Origin: Octopus vulgaris
Taxonomy: Eukaryota
Reading direction: 5' to 3'
Length of the DNA: 64,000 bases
Assembly: GCA_951406725.2 (NCBI GenBank)
Contig: OX597814.1
Span: forward strand, 496,001-560,000
Below the pieces are notes generated by a model that saw only the letters and a list, made by a program, of their open reading frames with translations, was not told where the DNA came from and ran no database searches. Shown here piece by piece: positions 38,219 to 50,649 of this stretch. Each line of letters begins with the position of its first letter. Position 1 is the stretch's first letter. The translations under genes and the position numbers were made by a program.

Positions 38219-38908
38219 GATATGCACACCAGTGAGAGTAAAAACCAAAGTAGCCCTCAATATATTTACTATCAGTTAACAAGCAAGTGGCTGAGTACTT
38301 CACAGGCAGTCATGCCCTTAACGTAGTTTTCGGGGAGATTCAGCATGATACAGAATGTGACAAGGCTGTTCCTTTAAAATATGGGTACAACTTGTTTCTG
38401 CCAGCTGAGTGAACTGGAACATTGTGAAATAAAGTGTCTTGCTCAAGGACACAACACCACTAAATATCGAGCTTATGACCCTACGATCATGAGCTGGATA
38501 TCCTAACCACTAAGCCATACACACTTAAAGTTTCATGAGCATAGCATATGTCCACATCGTCAGATGTTTGCAGAAGAGTGGAGAGAAATTAAAAGAATTT
38601 TAAAATGGCTTTTAGGTGAAAGTATTTCACCCTCCTTTAGTTGCTAATATAGGTAAGCCAACCACATGGCTTTAGCTGACCAATGGAGGCCTAAATACTC
38701 TTATCTAAAAGTCATGTTTAGTTTCTTTTATATCCCCTGCATTTGAATATCTGATGATATAGACATGTCCTGCACCAATGAAACTTTAAATAATGTGGAA
38801 TTGAAACGGGTGTGTGTGTGTTTTATCATTTTAATGTCTGCCTTTTTTCATGTTTCAATTAAATGAAGGTGTGTATGGTTCAGTGGTTAGCATATTCAAC
38901 TCATAATT

Positions 38909-39343
38909 GTAAAAAGCACCATTCAAGTATGGTCATTGCCGGTGCCATCTGACTGGCTGCCATGCCGGTGGCACGTAAAAAGCACCATTCGAGCATGGTC
39001 ATTGCCGGTGCCATCTGACTGGCTGCCATGCCGGTGGCACGTAAAAAGCACCATTCAAGCGTGGTCGATGCCAGTGCCAGCTGACTGGTTCCGTGCGGGC
39101 GGAACATAGAAAACACCATTTGAGTGTGGTCGTTACCAGTGCCACCTGACAGCCTCCTGTGCTAGTGGCGCATGAAAAGCACCCACTACACTCTTGGAGT
39201 GGTTGGTGTTAGGAAGGGCATCCAGCTGTAGAACCCTTACCAGATCAGGTTGTAGCCTGGTGCAGCCTTCTGGCTTGCCAGTTCTCAGTCAAACCATCCA
39301 ACCCATGCCAGCATGGAAAGCAGACGTTAAACGACGACGACGA
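38909..39343 (+). mobile_element. Family B (RTE 3' end) with four ~66-bp units, nested in a family D SINE head
   Basis: Unit starts at 38909, 38975 and 39041. The D head at 38870-38908 resumes at ~39345; attgta at both junctions. Confidence 0.85.
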
Positions 39344-39717
39344 TTGTAGAGTTATGAGTTCAATACTTGGCAGTGCATTGTGTCCTTGAGCAAGACACTT
39401 TATTTCACGTTGCTCCAGTCCACTCAGCTGGCAAAAGTGAGTAGTACCTGTATTTCAAAGGGGCCAGCCTTGTCACATTCAGTATCATGCTGAATCTCCC
39501 TTAGATCATTAAGGGTATGCGTGTCTGTGAAGTACTCAAGAGCAGGTTGTTCTGTTGATTGAATCAGCTGGAACCCTTATTGTCATAACCAATGAAAAGC
39601 CAAAGCAGGGTAGATGAAATTTATTGAGGCAGGATTCTCTTCCTGTGTCAACCCTCACCTGTTTTTGAGCAACGTAATATTTTCCATAGTCCTCAGAAGA
39701 AACAAATAGTACAATGG

Positions 39718-40080
39718 CCAGGTGTGGCTGTGAGGTAAGAAGCTTGCTTCCCAACCACATGATTCTGGGTTCAGTCCCACCGTGTGGCACCTTGGGCAAG
39801 TGTCTTCTACTAAAGCCTCAGGCTGACCAAAGACTTGTGAGTGGATTTGGAAGACGGAAACTGAAAGAAGCCTGTCATGTGTGTGTGTCTGTGTTGTCCC
39901 CCACCATCACATGACAACCAATGTTGGTATGCTTACATCCCTGTAACTTATACTATTGGTCTCTTTTGCCGAGCTGTTAAATACTAGGCTTACAAAGAAT
40001 AAGTTCTGGGTCAATTTGTTCAACTAAAGATGGTGCTCCAGCATGGCCACAGTCAACTGACTGAAACAAATAAAAGAATA
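39718..40080 (+). mobile_element. SINE family A
   Basis: Family A head, body and tail motifs. Confidence 0.85.
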
Positions 40081-40314
40081 CATTTCATGGGAGATTGTAT
40101 ACAAAAAACACCATTTATATGACAGGCATATTTGTTAACAGTTAGCAATGATATACACACACACACAATAGGCTTCTCTCAGTTTCCATCTACCAAGTCC
40201 ATTCACAAGGATTTGGTCCTCTTAGGGTTCTAGTTGAAGACAATAGTTGAGGATGATGTACAGTAGGACTAGCTATATATATATATATATATATCTATAT
40301 ATTCATATTCGTAT

Positions 40315-40698
40315 TACTGGCACTTGTGCCCCGTGCTAGTAGGGTGCTAAGAGCACCATCCAAGCGTGATAATTGCCAGAGCAGCTAACTGGCTTCCATG
40401 CCAGTGGCATGTAAAAGGCACTGTTCAAGGGTGATCATTACCAGCGTCGCCTTACTGGCACGTGTAAAAACATTTGAGCGAAGTCGTTGCCAGTACCACC
40501 TGACTGGCCCCCGTGCCAGTGGCACGTAAAAGCCCCCACTACACTCTCGGAGTGGTTGGCGTTAGGAAGGGCATCCAGCTGTAGAAATTCTGCCAGATCA
40601 AAATTGGAGCCTGGTGCAGCCATCTGGTTTGCCAGCCCTCAGTCAAATCGCCCAACCCATGCCAGCATGGAAAACAGACATTAAACAATGATGATGAT
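40315..40698 (+). mobile_element. Family B (RTE 3' end)
   Basis: Tandem units, gttaggaagggcatccagctg and a (GAT)n tail. Confidence 0.85.
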
Positions 40699-41297
40699 AT
40701 ATATATATATATATACACACATATGGTGACGTGACAGCTGAATGGAGCTATTCATATAGTTGTGTATAAACCTGTGTTTATAAACACAGTGACTTTTGAA
40801 AGCTGAATAAGCCTATTCATGCCATCCTCCTCCTATAAGCCTCTCTCTTTCTCTCTCTCTCTCTCTTTCTCTCCACCCCCACGCACACACACACACACAC
40901 AATGGTATTTGAATGTTGAATGGCAGCAATCGTTTGTTTCCTTTCGATCTGATATGAAACAGTGTTGCTACTGTTACTTGTCAGTGCGGTAATCTTGGTT
41001 TAGAATCGTTTAATTAAAGATAGCTTAGGTTCTTATTTGATTAGTTTTCAGACCAACTAATCAACGGAAATAAGACATTCCACATATGGCCATCCTGTTT
41101 GTCTCCCCACCCTCGGACACAGAGCTACATTACCCAACGTATCCGATTATTTCTAGCTAATCAAGCTACTGCATAAAGGCTCCTCCGTTGGCATTCGTAG
41201 ACAGACAAGGACAGAAATAACCAAAAGGAAAAATAGTCTTTAGACTAAATGGTAAAGAGGAATTGTGAGAGGGGGAGGTAGAAAAGGAAACAACAAC

Positions 41298-41354
<57 letters not shown>

Positions 41355-42278
41355 CATTGTCATGTAATATTGTCTGCCTTCCATGCTGGCAAAGGTTGGA
41401 TGGTTTAAGCTACACCAAACTCTGTCTGCTTTGGCATGGTTTCTAGGGCTGTTGTTGTTGTTGTTGTTAAGCAACAAGACGGGTAAGGGTGATTAGGTGA
41501 TTAGGTCTAGGGCTTAGGGGCGGGAGACCCCAGACCTTGGAAAAAAACAAAACTTGGTCATCTGTTGTAGTCAAGGGCTCTTCATTGACAACGGACACCA
41601 CTGGGAGGTGGCCCTCGAAGTCGCTGGAAATGGAGATCTCCAGGTCCAAATTCTTGAACGGCTGGTTTCTAGGGCTGGGGGCCCTTCCTAACACCAACCT
41701 TTTTACAAAGTGTACTGGATGCTTTTTTTACGTGGCCCCAATGCCAGTGAGGTGACCAAGTCATTTGCAAGACAAGACCCCCCCCCCCGTAAATGAGGTG
41801 GGGGAGTAGTATTGAGTAGGGTGACTTTGTGTCAAGTGATGAGAGGTTAGTGTATGAACAGAGGAGGAGAAACAGGTGTCCTGCACTAAAGAAGATACCT
41901 GGCTACCTCAGTTGGGAAAAGAGAGAGAGAGAGAAAGTGGTGCAGAAGTTACAGAGGGGTATATTAGTGAAGTGGTACTAAGGATAGAATAGGGGTGAGT
42001 GGGTGGTTAAGTTTACAAGATTGCAAAAGGTGAGTGGGAGATGATGCGAAGGGAAATGCAGGTGGAGGGAGGGATTGTTAGGAAGGTATGTTGTGGGCAA
42101 GAAGGAGCTGTGTCAAGTTACTGGGAGGTGTGTACAAGTGAAGTGGTACATATATACAGACCCCCTTATGTACCTCTGGAGGAAGGGCATCCAGCTACAC
42201 AAAGCATGTCAAAGCTGACCCTGGAGCTCAGTGTGGCCCTGCAACTCACCAGATTATGTCAAACCATTTAACCTAAGT

Positions 42279-42650
42279 TGTTGTATTTAGGAAGGGTCAT
42301 TTTGCCAGTTTTGCCAATAAAAACACATGCACTATACACTATATATCTGGTGTTACTTTGCTTCAGTGTTATTTTTTACATTAATCTTAATCTTATTTCG
42401 ACCAGAGTTCTTTCGTCACACTTCTGTGACCTCATCAGTGGTCCTTTGCTTTCTTCTTTCTTATTTGTGTGTCTCTCCATACACAAATGATGAGATCACA
42501 GAAGTGTGACAAAAGAACTCTGGCCGAAATAAGATTAAGATTAATGTAAAAAATAAATAACACTGAAGCAAAGTAACACCAAATATATAGTGTATAGTGC
42601 GTGTGTTTTTATTGGCAAAACTGGCAAAATGACCCTTCCTAAATACAACA
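42279..42650. mobile_element. Penelope-like inverted terminal-repeat foldback (~160-bp arms)
   Basis: tgttgtatttaggaagggtcattttgccag... vs ...ctggcaaaatgacccttcctaaatacaaca; same family as 230-485. Confidence 0.8.
42400..42443 (-). ncRNA. Type I hammerhead ribozyme with intact catalytic core
   Basis: Minus strand GACCA-CUGAUGA-G-GUCACA-GAAG-UGUGAC-GAAA-G-AA-C-UC-UGGUC: 5-bp stem I, 6-bp stem II, 2-bp stem III, CUC cleavage triplet. Confidence 0.8.
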
Positions 42651-43104
42651 TCTGTTTCAACACACAATTTCACATCAAGAATCTTGCAAAACAAATATAT
42701 AAACATAACATTTAACCTGTGCCAGCAGGAAAAACACGTTAACCGTTTAGCATTCGGATTTCTTTGTCAAATGTCTTTCTTATTTATTCACATTGTTTTG
42801 AATTAATCATGGATTATTTTGTAGCTTCAGATTTCCAATATTGTGTTTCTGTATTTTTAGAATGGCATTGTAGGGTAGGTGTGAGGGGTTAGACGGAGTC
42901 AGTTTTAACAACATAAAGCAGGTGGAATGTTTGGGTCTAGATGTGGTGGGACTAGATGTTAAAGAGTTTGTTGATGATTTATATATACACAAGCCTTGAA
43001 AGTCTTTGAACTGGTGACGTTATTAAGACATGTTTTGCAAAATAACACTAACAGGTAATGCGTTTATATATTTTATATATATTATATATATATATATATA
43101 TATA

Positions 43105-43276
43105 GGCGCAGGAGTGGCTGTGTGGAAAGTAGCTTGTCTACCAACCACATGGTTCCGGGTTCAGTCCCACTGCGTGGCATCTTGGGCAAGTGTCTTCTAC
43201 TATAGCCTCGGGCCGAACAAAGCCTTGTGAGTGGATTTGGTAGACAGAAACTGAAAGAAGCCCGTTTTATATATGT

Positions 43277-43321
<45 letters not shown>

Positions 43322-43533
43322 TGTGTGTATTTGTGTTTGTCCCCCTAGCATTGCTTGACAACCGATGCTGGTGTGTTTATATCCCCGTCACTTAGCAGTT
43401 CGGCAAAAGAGACCAATAGAATAAGTACTGAGCTTACAAAAGAATAAGTCCTGAGGTCGGGTTGCTCGATTAAAGGCGGTGCTCCAGCATGGCCGCAGTC
43501 AAATGACTGAAACAAGTAAAAGAGTAAAAGAGA
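43105..43533 (+). mobile_element. Full-length SINE family A
   Basis: ggcgcaggagtggctgtgtgg...gactgaaacaagtaaaagagtaaaagag; many CpGs retained. Confidence 0.9.
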
Positions 43534-44154
43534 GTAGGTAATATCGTGTCCCTTTTGGCTTTGAGGCTGGGGGAAACGAAAAACATGAGACAAAGCCAGA
43601 GGAGATTGCTTAATTCAGGAAAAGAAAGGGGAAGACGAGGGCCTTGTGTGCTTGTAGAGAGAAGGAAAGAATAGAAGCAAGCTGGGACCTCACTTGCTTG
43701 AGTGTTGGAAAGGCTTGTGGATGTAATGACAGAGAATTGTCAGTCAATAGCTAGAGACAGGGCAATGGAATTAGATGTGTAAAGATATATGAGAGGTGTT
43801 ACGGGGATTTGAAAGGTCAGCTTAGATTGTGTAAGCTAAGAAAGAGGTTGAGTGCTGTTATACAGGAATTTAATTAGAGGTTGGTATTTGGAAGACTGAA
43901 GCATTTCAAGTTTGCCAACAACCTGCTGTCGTTATTTTGTCAGAAGTTAAGGCAGCAAGCTGCAAGAATTGTTAGCATGTCAGACATGTCATGTTTGGCA
44001 GCATTTCTTCTTCCGACTTTTTATGTTTTGTGTTCAAATTCTGCTGCAGCCAACTTTTCATCCCTTCAGGGTTGGTAAAACAATAACCAGTTGGGCACTG
44101 GGGGTTGATGTAACTGACTTACTCTTCCTTCCACACACAAAAAAAAAACAGTTC

Positions 44155-44466
44155 AGGCCATGCTTGAGGAGACCTATTGAGTCAAGTACATCAAATGGAA
44201 ACTGTGGTTGTGATCCCCGTGCCAGTGGCACGTAAAAAGCACCAACCAACCATGGTCATTGCCAGGCCCCTCTGGCCCCTGTTCTGGTGGCACATAAAAA
44301 GCATCCACTACACTCTCGGAGTGGTTGGCGTTAGGAAGGGCATTCAACTGTAGAAACTCTGCCAGGTCAGACTAGAGCCTGGTGCAGCCTCCTGGCTTCC
44401 CAGACCCCAGTCAAACCGTCCAACCCATGCCAGCATGGAAAGCAGACATTAAGCGATGATGATGAT
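44155..44466 (+). mobile_element. Family B (RTE 3' end)
   Basis: Family B motifs and a (GAT)n tail. Confidence 0.8.
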
Positions 44467-45188
44467 GTGTCTATAGGGGAAAGGATTATCAGAAATTAAG
44501 GTGACCATCTGATAGAATTATTAGTATTAGTCAAACAAAAGGCTTAGCTGTGTGTGTTTGTTTTTTGTCTTTTTCCAGCTCTTTACATTCTTAGTTCAAC
44601 TTTACCTTTCACGGGTCATGTGATCGACTGACCCCCTCCCACTGGAAAGTTTGAAACAATTATCAGAAGTTTCCCCCTCAATAATAACTTCGACCCTTTA
44701 GCATTCACACTACTCCATCAAATGTGAGGCTTATTTATTCAGATTATCTTAAATTAATCATGCATTGTATGTCAAAGCTTCCAGATTTTGATGATGTGAC
44801 TATATTTTTAGAATGACATTGTTGGGTATGTGTAAGAAGCCAGATCTGGCCAGTGCGAACATAAAACATGTTGAATATTGGGCCTGGATGAGGTCGACTT
44901 TGCCTTTCATCCTTTCGGGTGTTGATAAATTAAGTACCAGTTGCATACTGGGGTCAATCTAATTGACTGGCCCCTCCCCAAAAATTTCAGGCCTTGTGCC
45001 TAGAGTAGAAAAGAATATTTGGGCTGGATATGGATAGTTTAAATGCTTAAAGGGTTAAAACAGTCAGTGCCATGTTAAGTCTGGAAGCAACAGGAAAAAA
45101 AAAAGACCATTTTCCAAAGTTAAATTGTTTATACATTTCATTTTTTCTTTTCCCATTTTTTCTCAATTTATTTCATTTCTCGTTGCAG

Positions 45189-46374
45189 TTTTCTCATCTG
45201 CAAGAACCCGTGTCACTGTGTGAACAAGCATCAGTTTTGTCGTTCCTGCGTCACCGTATGGTCGGGAAGCGGGGATTCTGAAAACCACAACAAATGCCCC
45301 GTGTGCCGTGTGAGCGGCTACTATCTGCCGAGTGGTGCTATTGCAGACAACCTCAACAACAGGCAGGTGCGCTGCCTCCTCCGCTCCTGCATTTGGGTTG
45401 GTCAGCTGAAAAACATTCACAATCACCGTCATGTGCTCAACAAAAAACTACATCACGAAGACAATTACAAGACGAATAAGTCATGCAACCACAACAACAA
45501 CAATAATGATAGCAATAACAATAATTTGAATCTTAGAGACAGATGCTCTGAAATAACGGAGAGAGTTTTAGCGAAGGAACCCTCGTCAGCAGCAGCCCTC
45601 CTTCAAAGAATCCGGAATGAGAGGAAAGAAGCCAACTTGTCTTCAAATAATTTGTTCACCGAGGCCACCGCAACCACCACCACCCAATTGTCCCCTTTGT
45701 TAACAACCCCTAGTACAGGGCTCAGTTCTAGAAATGTTTTATCTTCTAGCAATTCAACACCAGTAACTAATACTACTACTAATAATAATAATATTACTGA
45801 TAATAATAATAGTAGTAGTTCTTTAGTTAGTCTTCAGCGCCACCACCCAACACTTGACAACAACAACCGTGTGAATGAGAGAGCAAACGAGTCTATAGAG
45901 AGTGTCCTTCGTTCCTTCCTTCCTGCTACTACCACACATCCAACTCCTGTAAGTCGCCTTAATAATAATAATAATAGTAGTAGTAATAGTAGTAGCCTTT
46001 CTAGAAATGCTCTTCAAGCAAACACCACCCCACCATCCTCTGCTCCACCGGTTACTGAGCCCGATAATGTCACCACCAACCCCAACAATTCCAATCGTGT
46101 CGGTCCTATCCACCATCGCTCTGTAAATCGCCGAACTGGCCCCAAGGAATACGAACGGCTACGGGCTCGCATGAGAGAGACCCGTCTTCGACTGGAACAA
46201 ATGGAGACCACTCGCCGCGAATTGGCTTCTTTCCAGGAGAGACAAAGACTCCAGCATTTGGTCGAGGTGCGAGAACTTGGTCGGCAGCTGAACGAAGTGA
46301 CATTCCAAATCCGGCGCCTGCTTAACCAGATGAGTGCCAACGAGGATCATCCTCCCACCCAACTCGTCAATTAA
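45189..46374 (+). CDS. RING-finger E3 ligase-like gene, coding exon 2 (rest of C3HC4 RING, TRAF/SIAH-like Zn finger, N/S/T-rich region, C-terminal coiled coil)
   Basis: (C)FLICKNPCHCVNKHQFCRSCVTVWSGSGDSENHNKCPVCR...VRCLLRSCIWVGQLKNIHNH. 1186 nt open to TAA; spliced CDS is 1362 nt = 453 aa. Confidence 0.92.
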
Positions 46375-48896
46375 TTAGGAAATAAGAATCAAAGTGAATG
46401 CCCAAACAGCTGTTAGTTTCTCTTCATTTGTACAATTATAGCCAGCATCCTTTAACAAGACATTCTTCTTCGCTACCCCCCAACATCTACTTTTACATTG
46501 AGCTTACTCCACTAATTCTCATCCTCATGAATTTTTATTTGCTTATCTCACATTTTCTTTCTCTAGGGGACAATTGTAGTTTTATTTTCTTCAGAATTTA
46601 TAAAGCCATTTTTTTCTTTTAAAAAAAAAAAAAAACGTTTTTTTAAATTCCTTTCGTCAGCTAAAACATCCCTTACTCCCCCCCCCCCATCATGTCCAGG
46701 AACTCCCAACCTTATGAATATTTTATTTCATTTATATATGTGTGTGTATATATATATATACATACACACATGCATGCACACGTCTTTTTTTACTTCATCA
46801 AAATCAACATTTACAGAAAATACTCATTTTGCAAACTTTTATTTCATGATACAATCTGCTTTCAAAGTAGAAATGTCTATTTTTCTGTTCCACATTTTTC
46901 GATTTCTTTGAATTTTCCTGTCAGTGTCTTCCATTTTAGTTCGAATATTTGTTTTCTCAAAATATATGCAAATCTTTCGGTTTTTAAAATAATTTTTAGA
47001 AAAAGAGGGGTCTGACTGGGGTTTCGTGCACCCCAGGACCACCTCGCTGTCGTTTACTTACTTTGGAGCAGATGGGGATTGAGGTCCCCACCAATTTTTT
47101 TTCAGTTTTTCTCCATTTGGGGCATTTCATTATTTTCGTCTTTCTCTGGGTCCCTTACCTTATGATCAGAGAAGGGATTTCTAAAACCAAAGGGAGGGAA
47201 AAAAAAAACTCTAAAGTAAGTAAAAAAAAAAATATTGTGAAGTATTCTTTTTTGTTTTTTTTTTACAATTAATGTATTTTAGAAATTTGTGATGTCTGCA
47301 TATTAATTGTTAATGAGGTGTTTGTCTTCATAAGTCACAAACACTAGCGCCACCTACAGTCTTCTCTACTGATGGGATCAGATGTAGATGCTGTGTCCGT
47401 ATGCAGACAGCTCTGATGTTAAGACAGTGCTGTCTACATCTATAAACAATTGTTGTCTATAAATGTAGACAGCTATATATATACATGTGTGTGTGTGTGT
47501 GGGGGGGGGACAACATGCCCCTTGGTGTACAGTGTTATTTTCTTGGTGTTCTCTTTTCTCCCAGTAATCCAAGCCCCTCCTTTTGACTTGCCTTTCTCTG
47601 CCTTGTGGCCCTGAGAGAGAGAGAAAAAGATCTGAGAAAGATCCATTAAGAATTTACTTCACTGTTTATCAGAAGAAAGACAAATCTTCACAATATTTTT
47701 TTCGATTTCAATTTATTCTGAGGAAGTCATTGAAACAAAAGGAAATGAATTTAGGGTGGAGGAGTATTTCCTGAAGGATTAAATCGGGAGTTTAATAGAA
47801 TTTTAATTTTTTTTCTTTCTTTCTTTTAACTGATTTTAATCTAATATTAATTCTTTTTTTTGTCCTCCCCATTGTCTACCACTGCTTTTATTAATGTTTT
47901 TTTGTTTGTTTTATGGTTAAAAGAATGAGGTGAAAAGAAAATTAGAAAGGCCCTGTCCCCATAGATGTGTTTCTGGAAAAAAAAAAACTCTCAGCTTACC
48001 TCAGTCCCCCAGTTATTGACCTGTGTCTGTTGGCCGTTATTAATCAGATATTGATTGCTTTACAAACCTGATTTGAACATTTATGAAATGATCAACATTA
48101 TCAAAGACTTAAGCAATACAAGAATTTTTATTATTTTATTTTCAGTTTTTTTTTTTGTTTGTATATTCATGTTACTAAATAACTACCATCCCTGACCAAG
48201 TACTGCAACAGCATGTCTATAATTATGTATGTGTGTGTATATATGTGTGTGTATTACATTTATATCCAATTTTTTCTTTTTTTCCCTTATTTAATTTTTG
48301 TAAACAGAAAATGTTCATGTATAAAAAAAAAAGAAAATTTCATCTCTAGTCAAATGGTTTTAACAATTGGTGTTATTACCAGTTCTGGAATCTCAGATAT
48401 GACGATGCAGTAAAAAGACCCCACCACCCTCACCAGCACCTCCACTGCATTTTTCTCACCCTAATATCACCTTTGGTTATGGTAATTTCTCCTGCATGAG
48501 AAAAGCCAGTTATCCCAGCCCCCTCTCTTCCCTCCCCCGCTGCTCTACTTCCATCTTTTCTATGAAGAAAAGCTGGAGAAAAAGTCTTTCTTGAGACGAG
48601 AATGAGCCTCAGAACAATCTTTTCATCTTTATCTCTTCCAATGCATGATTTTTATTCATTTTTTTTCTTTTTTAATTTTTTTTATAATCCTATCTTGATA
48701 AATGACTGATATAATCCATAATCCCCCCACCCCACCCTTAACTGTGTGATATAAAATAACCCTCAGTTGGAGATTATATTTATGTTACAATATATACAGT
48801 ATTGTGAACTATCTCTTTAAAATCAATGATGTGTTACCAAGTACTTTATCATCCTCGGTACTTGATTACAAAATTTATAAAGCAATTTTAATAGCA

Positions 48897-48902
48897 AATA
48901 AA
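48897..48902 (+). terminator. Candidate polyadenylation signal AATAAA ending a ~2.5-kb 3' UTR
   Basis: AATAAA followed by T-rich sequence at the end of a stretch (46375-48925) lacking the SINE families seen elsewhere. Confidence 0.45.
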
Positions 48903-49166
48903 AATGAATTTTTTTTAAAATCTGTTTCATCGTAACTGTACGACATTGATTAGTGTGAACATCTCTTGACCATCAAGGAACAATCCCACTGCAGCCAGCT
49001 CATGGCCAGTGAAAGCATACAGTCCTTGCCACCAGCCAGTGACTGGCCTTTGTATTTCCTCACCATCTGCAACAACAAATGTTCTGGCTAAGGTTTCCCC
49101 TGCAGTGAAAGACGTGGCTGACAAGAGAGCAGAGCTGCATAGATCTCTGTGTGTGGAAAGCTTTAG

Positions 49167-49387
49167 CCCTTTCGATACCAACCCGGCTGAAACCGGCTCT
49201 GGCTCTCAGTACAAATGTCTTGTTTTCATAAGTTCTGAATTAAAATCTTCCACCAAACCTTAGTCACAATTTATGTTCCTGACACTAGCTGAATGATAAC
49301 TAAGTTATGTTACTAAATTCTTTGTTATATTTAAAATTAATTGAAAGAAACACAAAATATTTCAACAGAAATATGGTAACAAAAGGG
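49167..49387. mobile_element. piggyBac-type MITE family E
   Basis: TTAG|CCCTTTCGATACC...GGTAACAAAAGGG|TTAA; reverse-complement homolog of 28181-28397. Confidence 0.85.
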
Positions 49388-49819
49388 TTAACCAGCCTCA
49401 GCAGCTTCATGTTGTCTTGTCATCTCAGAAAAGTGGTTTAACTAAACTAGATAGAGGAGTTCTGGTTGTCAGTTCAACTGTTCTACTTATCTAGGGAGTC
49501 ACCAGTTCAACTATCGAGATCAGTTAATTTAAGCAAATAATGTCTTGGTGCAACAGCTCCGCAAGGTTTTAATTGAAAACAAACTGAGTATGTTGTGTAG
49601 ATATATAACTCAGAGTAAACATCAACTTTGAGTAGTTAACAGAACAAGCACTATCATGTACAAAAAGATCATTTGCATTATTTTGATCAATTATTTTATA
49701 GAGATAATTGCAAAATATATATATCAGGAGTAATTCTCAAACTGTTCTCTTGAAGATTAAGCCAAAGCAATGGAATGAAAGACATTTTCTAGTTCTTTCC
49801 CCACCACTAAAAATAACTT

Positions 49820-50196
49820 CTCTTTTACTTGTTTCAGTCATCTAACTGCGGCCATGCTGGAGCACCGCCTTTAGTCGAGCAAATCGACCCCAGTCCTTAT
49901 TCTTTGTAAGCCTAGTACTTATTCTATCAGTTTCTTTTGCCGAACCACTAAGTTACAGGGACATAAACACACCAGCATCAGTTGTCAAGCGATGTTGGGG
50001 GGACAAATATGGATGCACAAACATACACATACATACATACGACAGGCTTCTTTCAGTTTCCGTCTACCAAATCCACTCACAAGGCTTTGGTCAGCCTGAG
50101 GCTATAGTGGAATATACCTCCCCAAGGTGCCACGCAGTAGGACTGAACCCAGAACCGTGTGGTTGGTAAGCAAGCTACTTACCACACAGCCACTCC
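49820..50196 (-). mobile_element. Full-length SINE family A
   Basis: Reverse complement of family A. Confidence 0.9.
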
Positions 50197-50649
50197 TCTC
50201 ATGAAAAGATAAGAATAAAATTCCTTAACTTATTCAAAGTATTCTAAGGAAACGGTTTCGATAAATGATTTAAGGTCATAATAGAGAATAATGCCATGTC
50301 TATTACGTTAGTGTCAGAGACATTCCAACACTGAGACACACAAGGTTGTGAGTGACATAGCTTCATGAGGACAGCGTAAATGTCGCTAAAAACATGGAAA
50401 AAAATTGTGGTTTTTATAACCTTCATTGGAAATTTCTAGAAGCGTCCAGAAACAATCTTTTGGAATAGTTTTCAGTCAAAAACCAGGACGGCTTTGGCTA
50501 GTATATTTCTCAGCCAATGAAATGAGTCCTTTCAAATTAAGTTTGCTTTACTCGCTAATTACCACCAAAAGAACTTTCTTATGAACCAACTCTAGAAATT
50601 TAATATTTCTATTGTTTGTGATCAGTGAATTTACTTCACTGAAAGTGTA

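Larger units (their letters stand above)
1876..45188 (+). other. 43,313-bp phase-2 GT-AG intron splitting the RING domain
   Basis: GTGAGT donor; long pyrimidine tract then ttgcAG at 45187-45188. Joining gives TG+T=Cys and an in-frame C3HC4 motif. Confidence 0.85.

Noticed and set aside
38909-39180. Regularly spaced repeats resembling a CRISPR array
   Set aside because: The whole 66-bp unit repeats with no unique spacers; it is part of a retroelement in eukaryotic DNA.
42668-42700. ~30-bp match to 17822-17853 (atttcacatcaagaatcttgcaaa)
   Set aside because: Too short to separate a templated copy from a fragment of an unrecognised repeat.
43105-43180. tRNA-like sequence with A/B boxes
   Set aside because: It is a SINE head continuing into the SINE body, not a tRNA gene. 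The same applies to family C and D heads.
45220-45222. ORF-track start of the 384-aa ORF
   Set aside because: It is a GTG (Val) inside the RING; the exon begins at 45189.
45823-46362. Antisense ORFs over exon 2
   Set aside because: Shadow frames of the real CDS.
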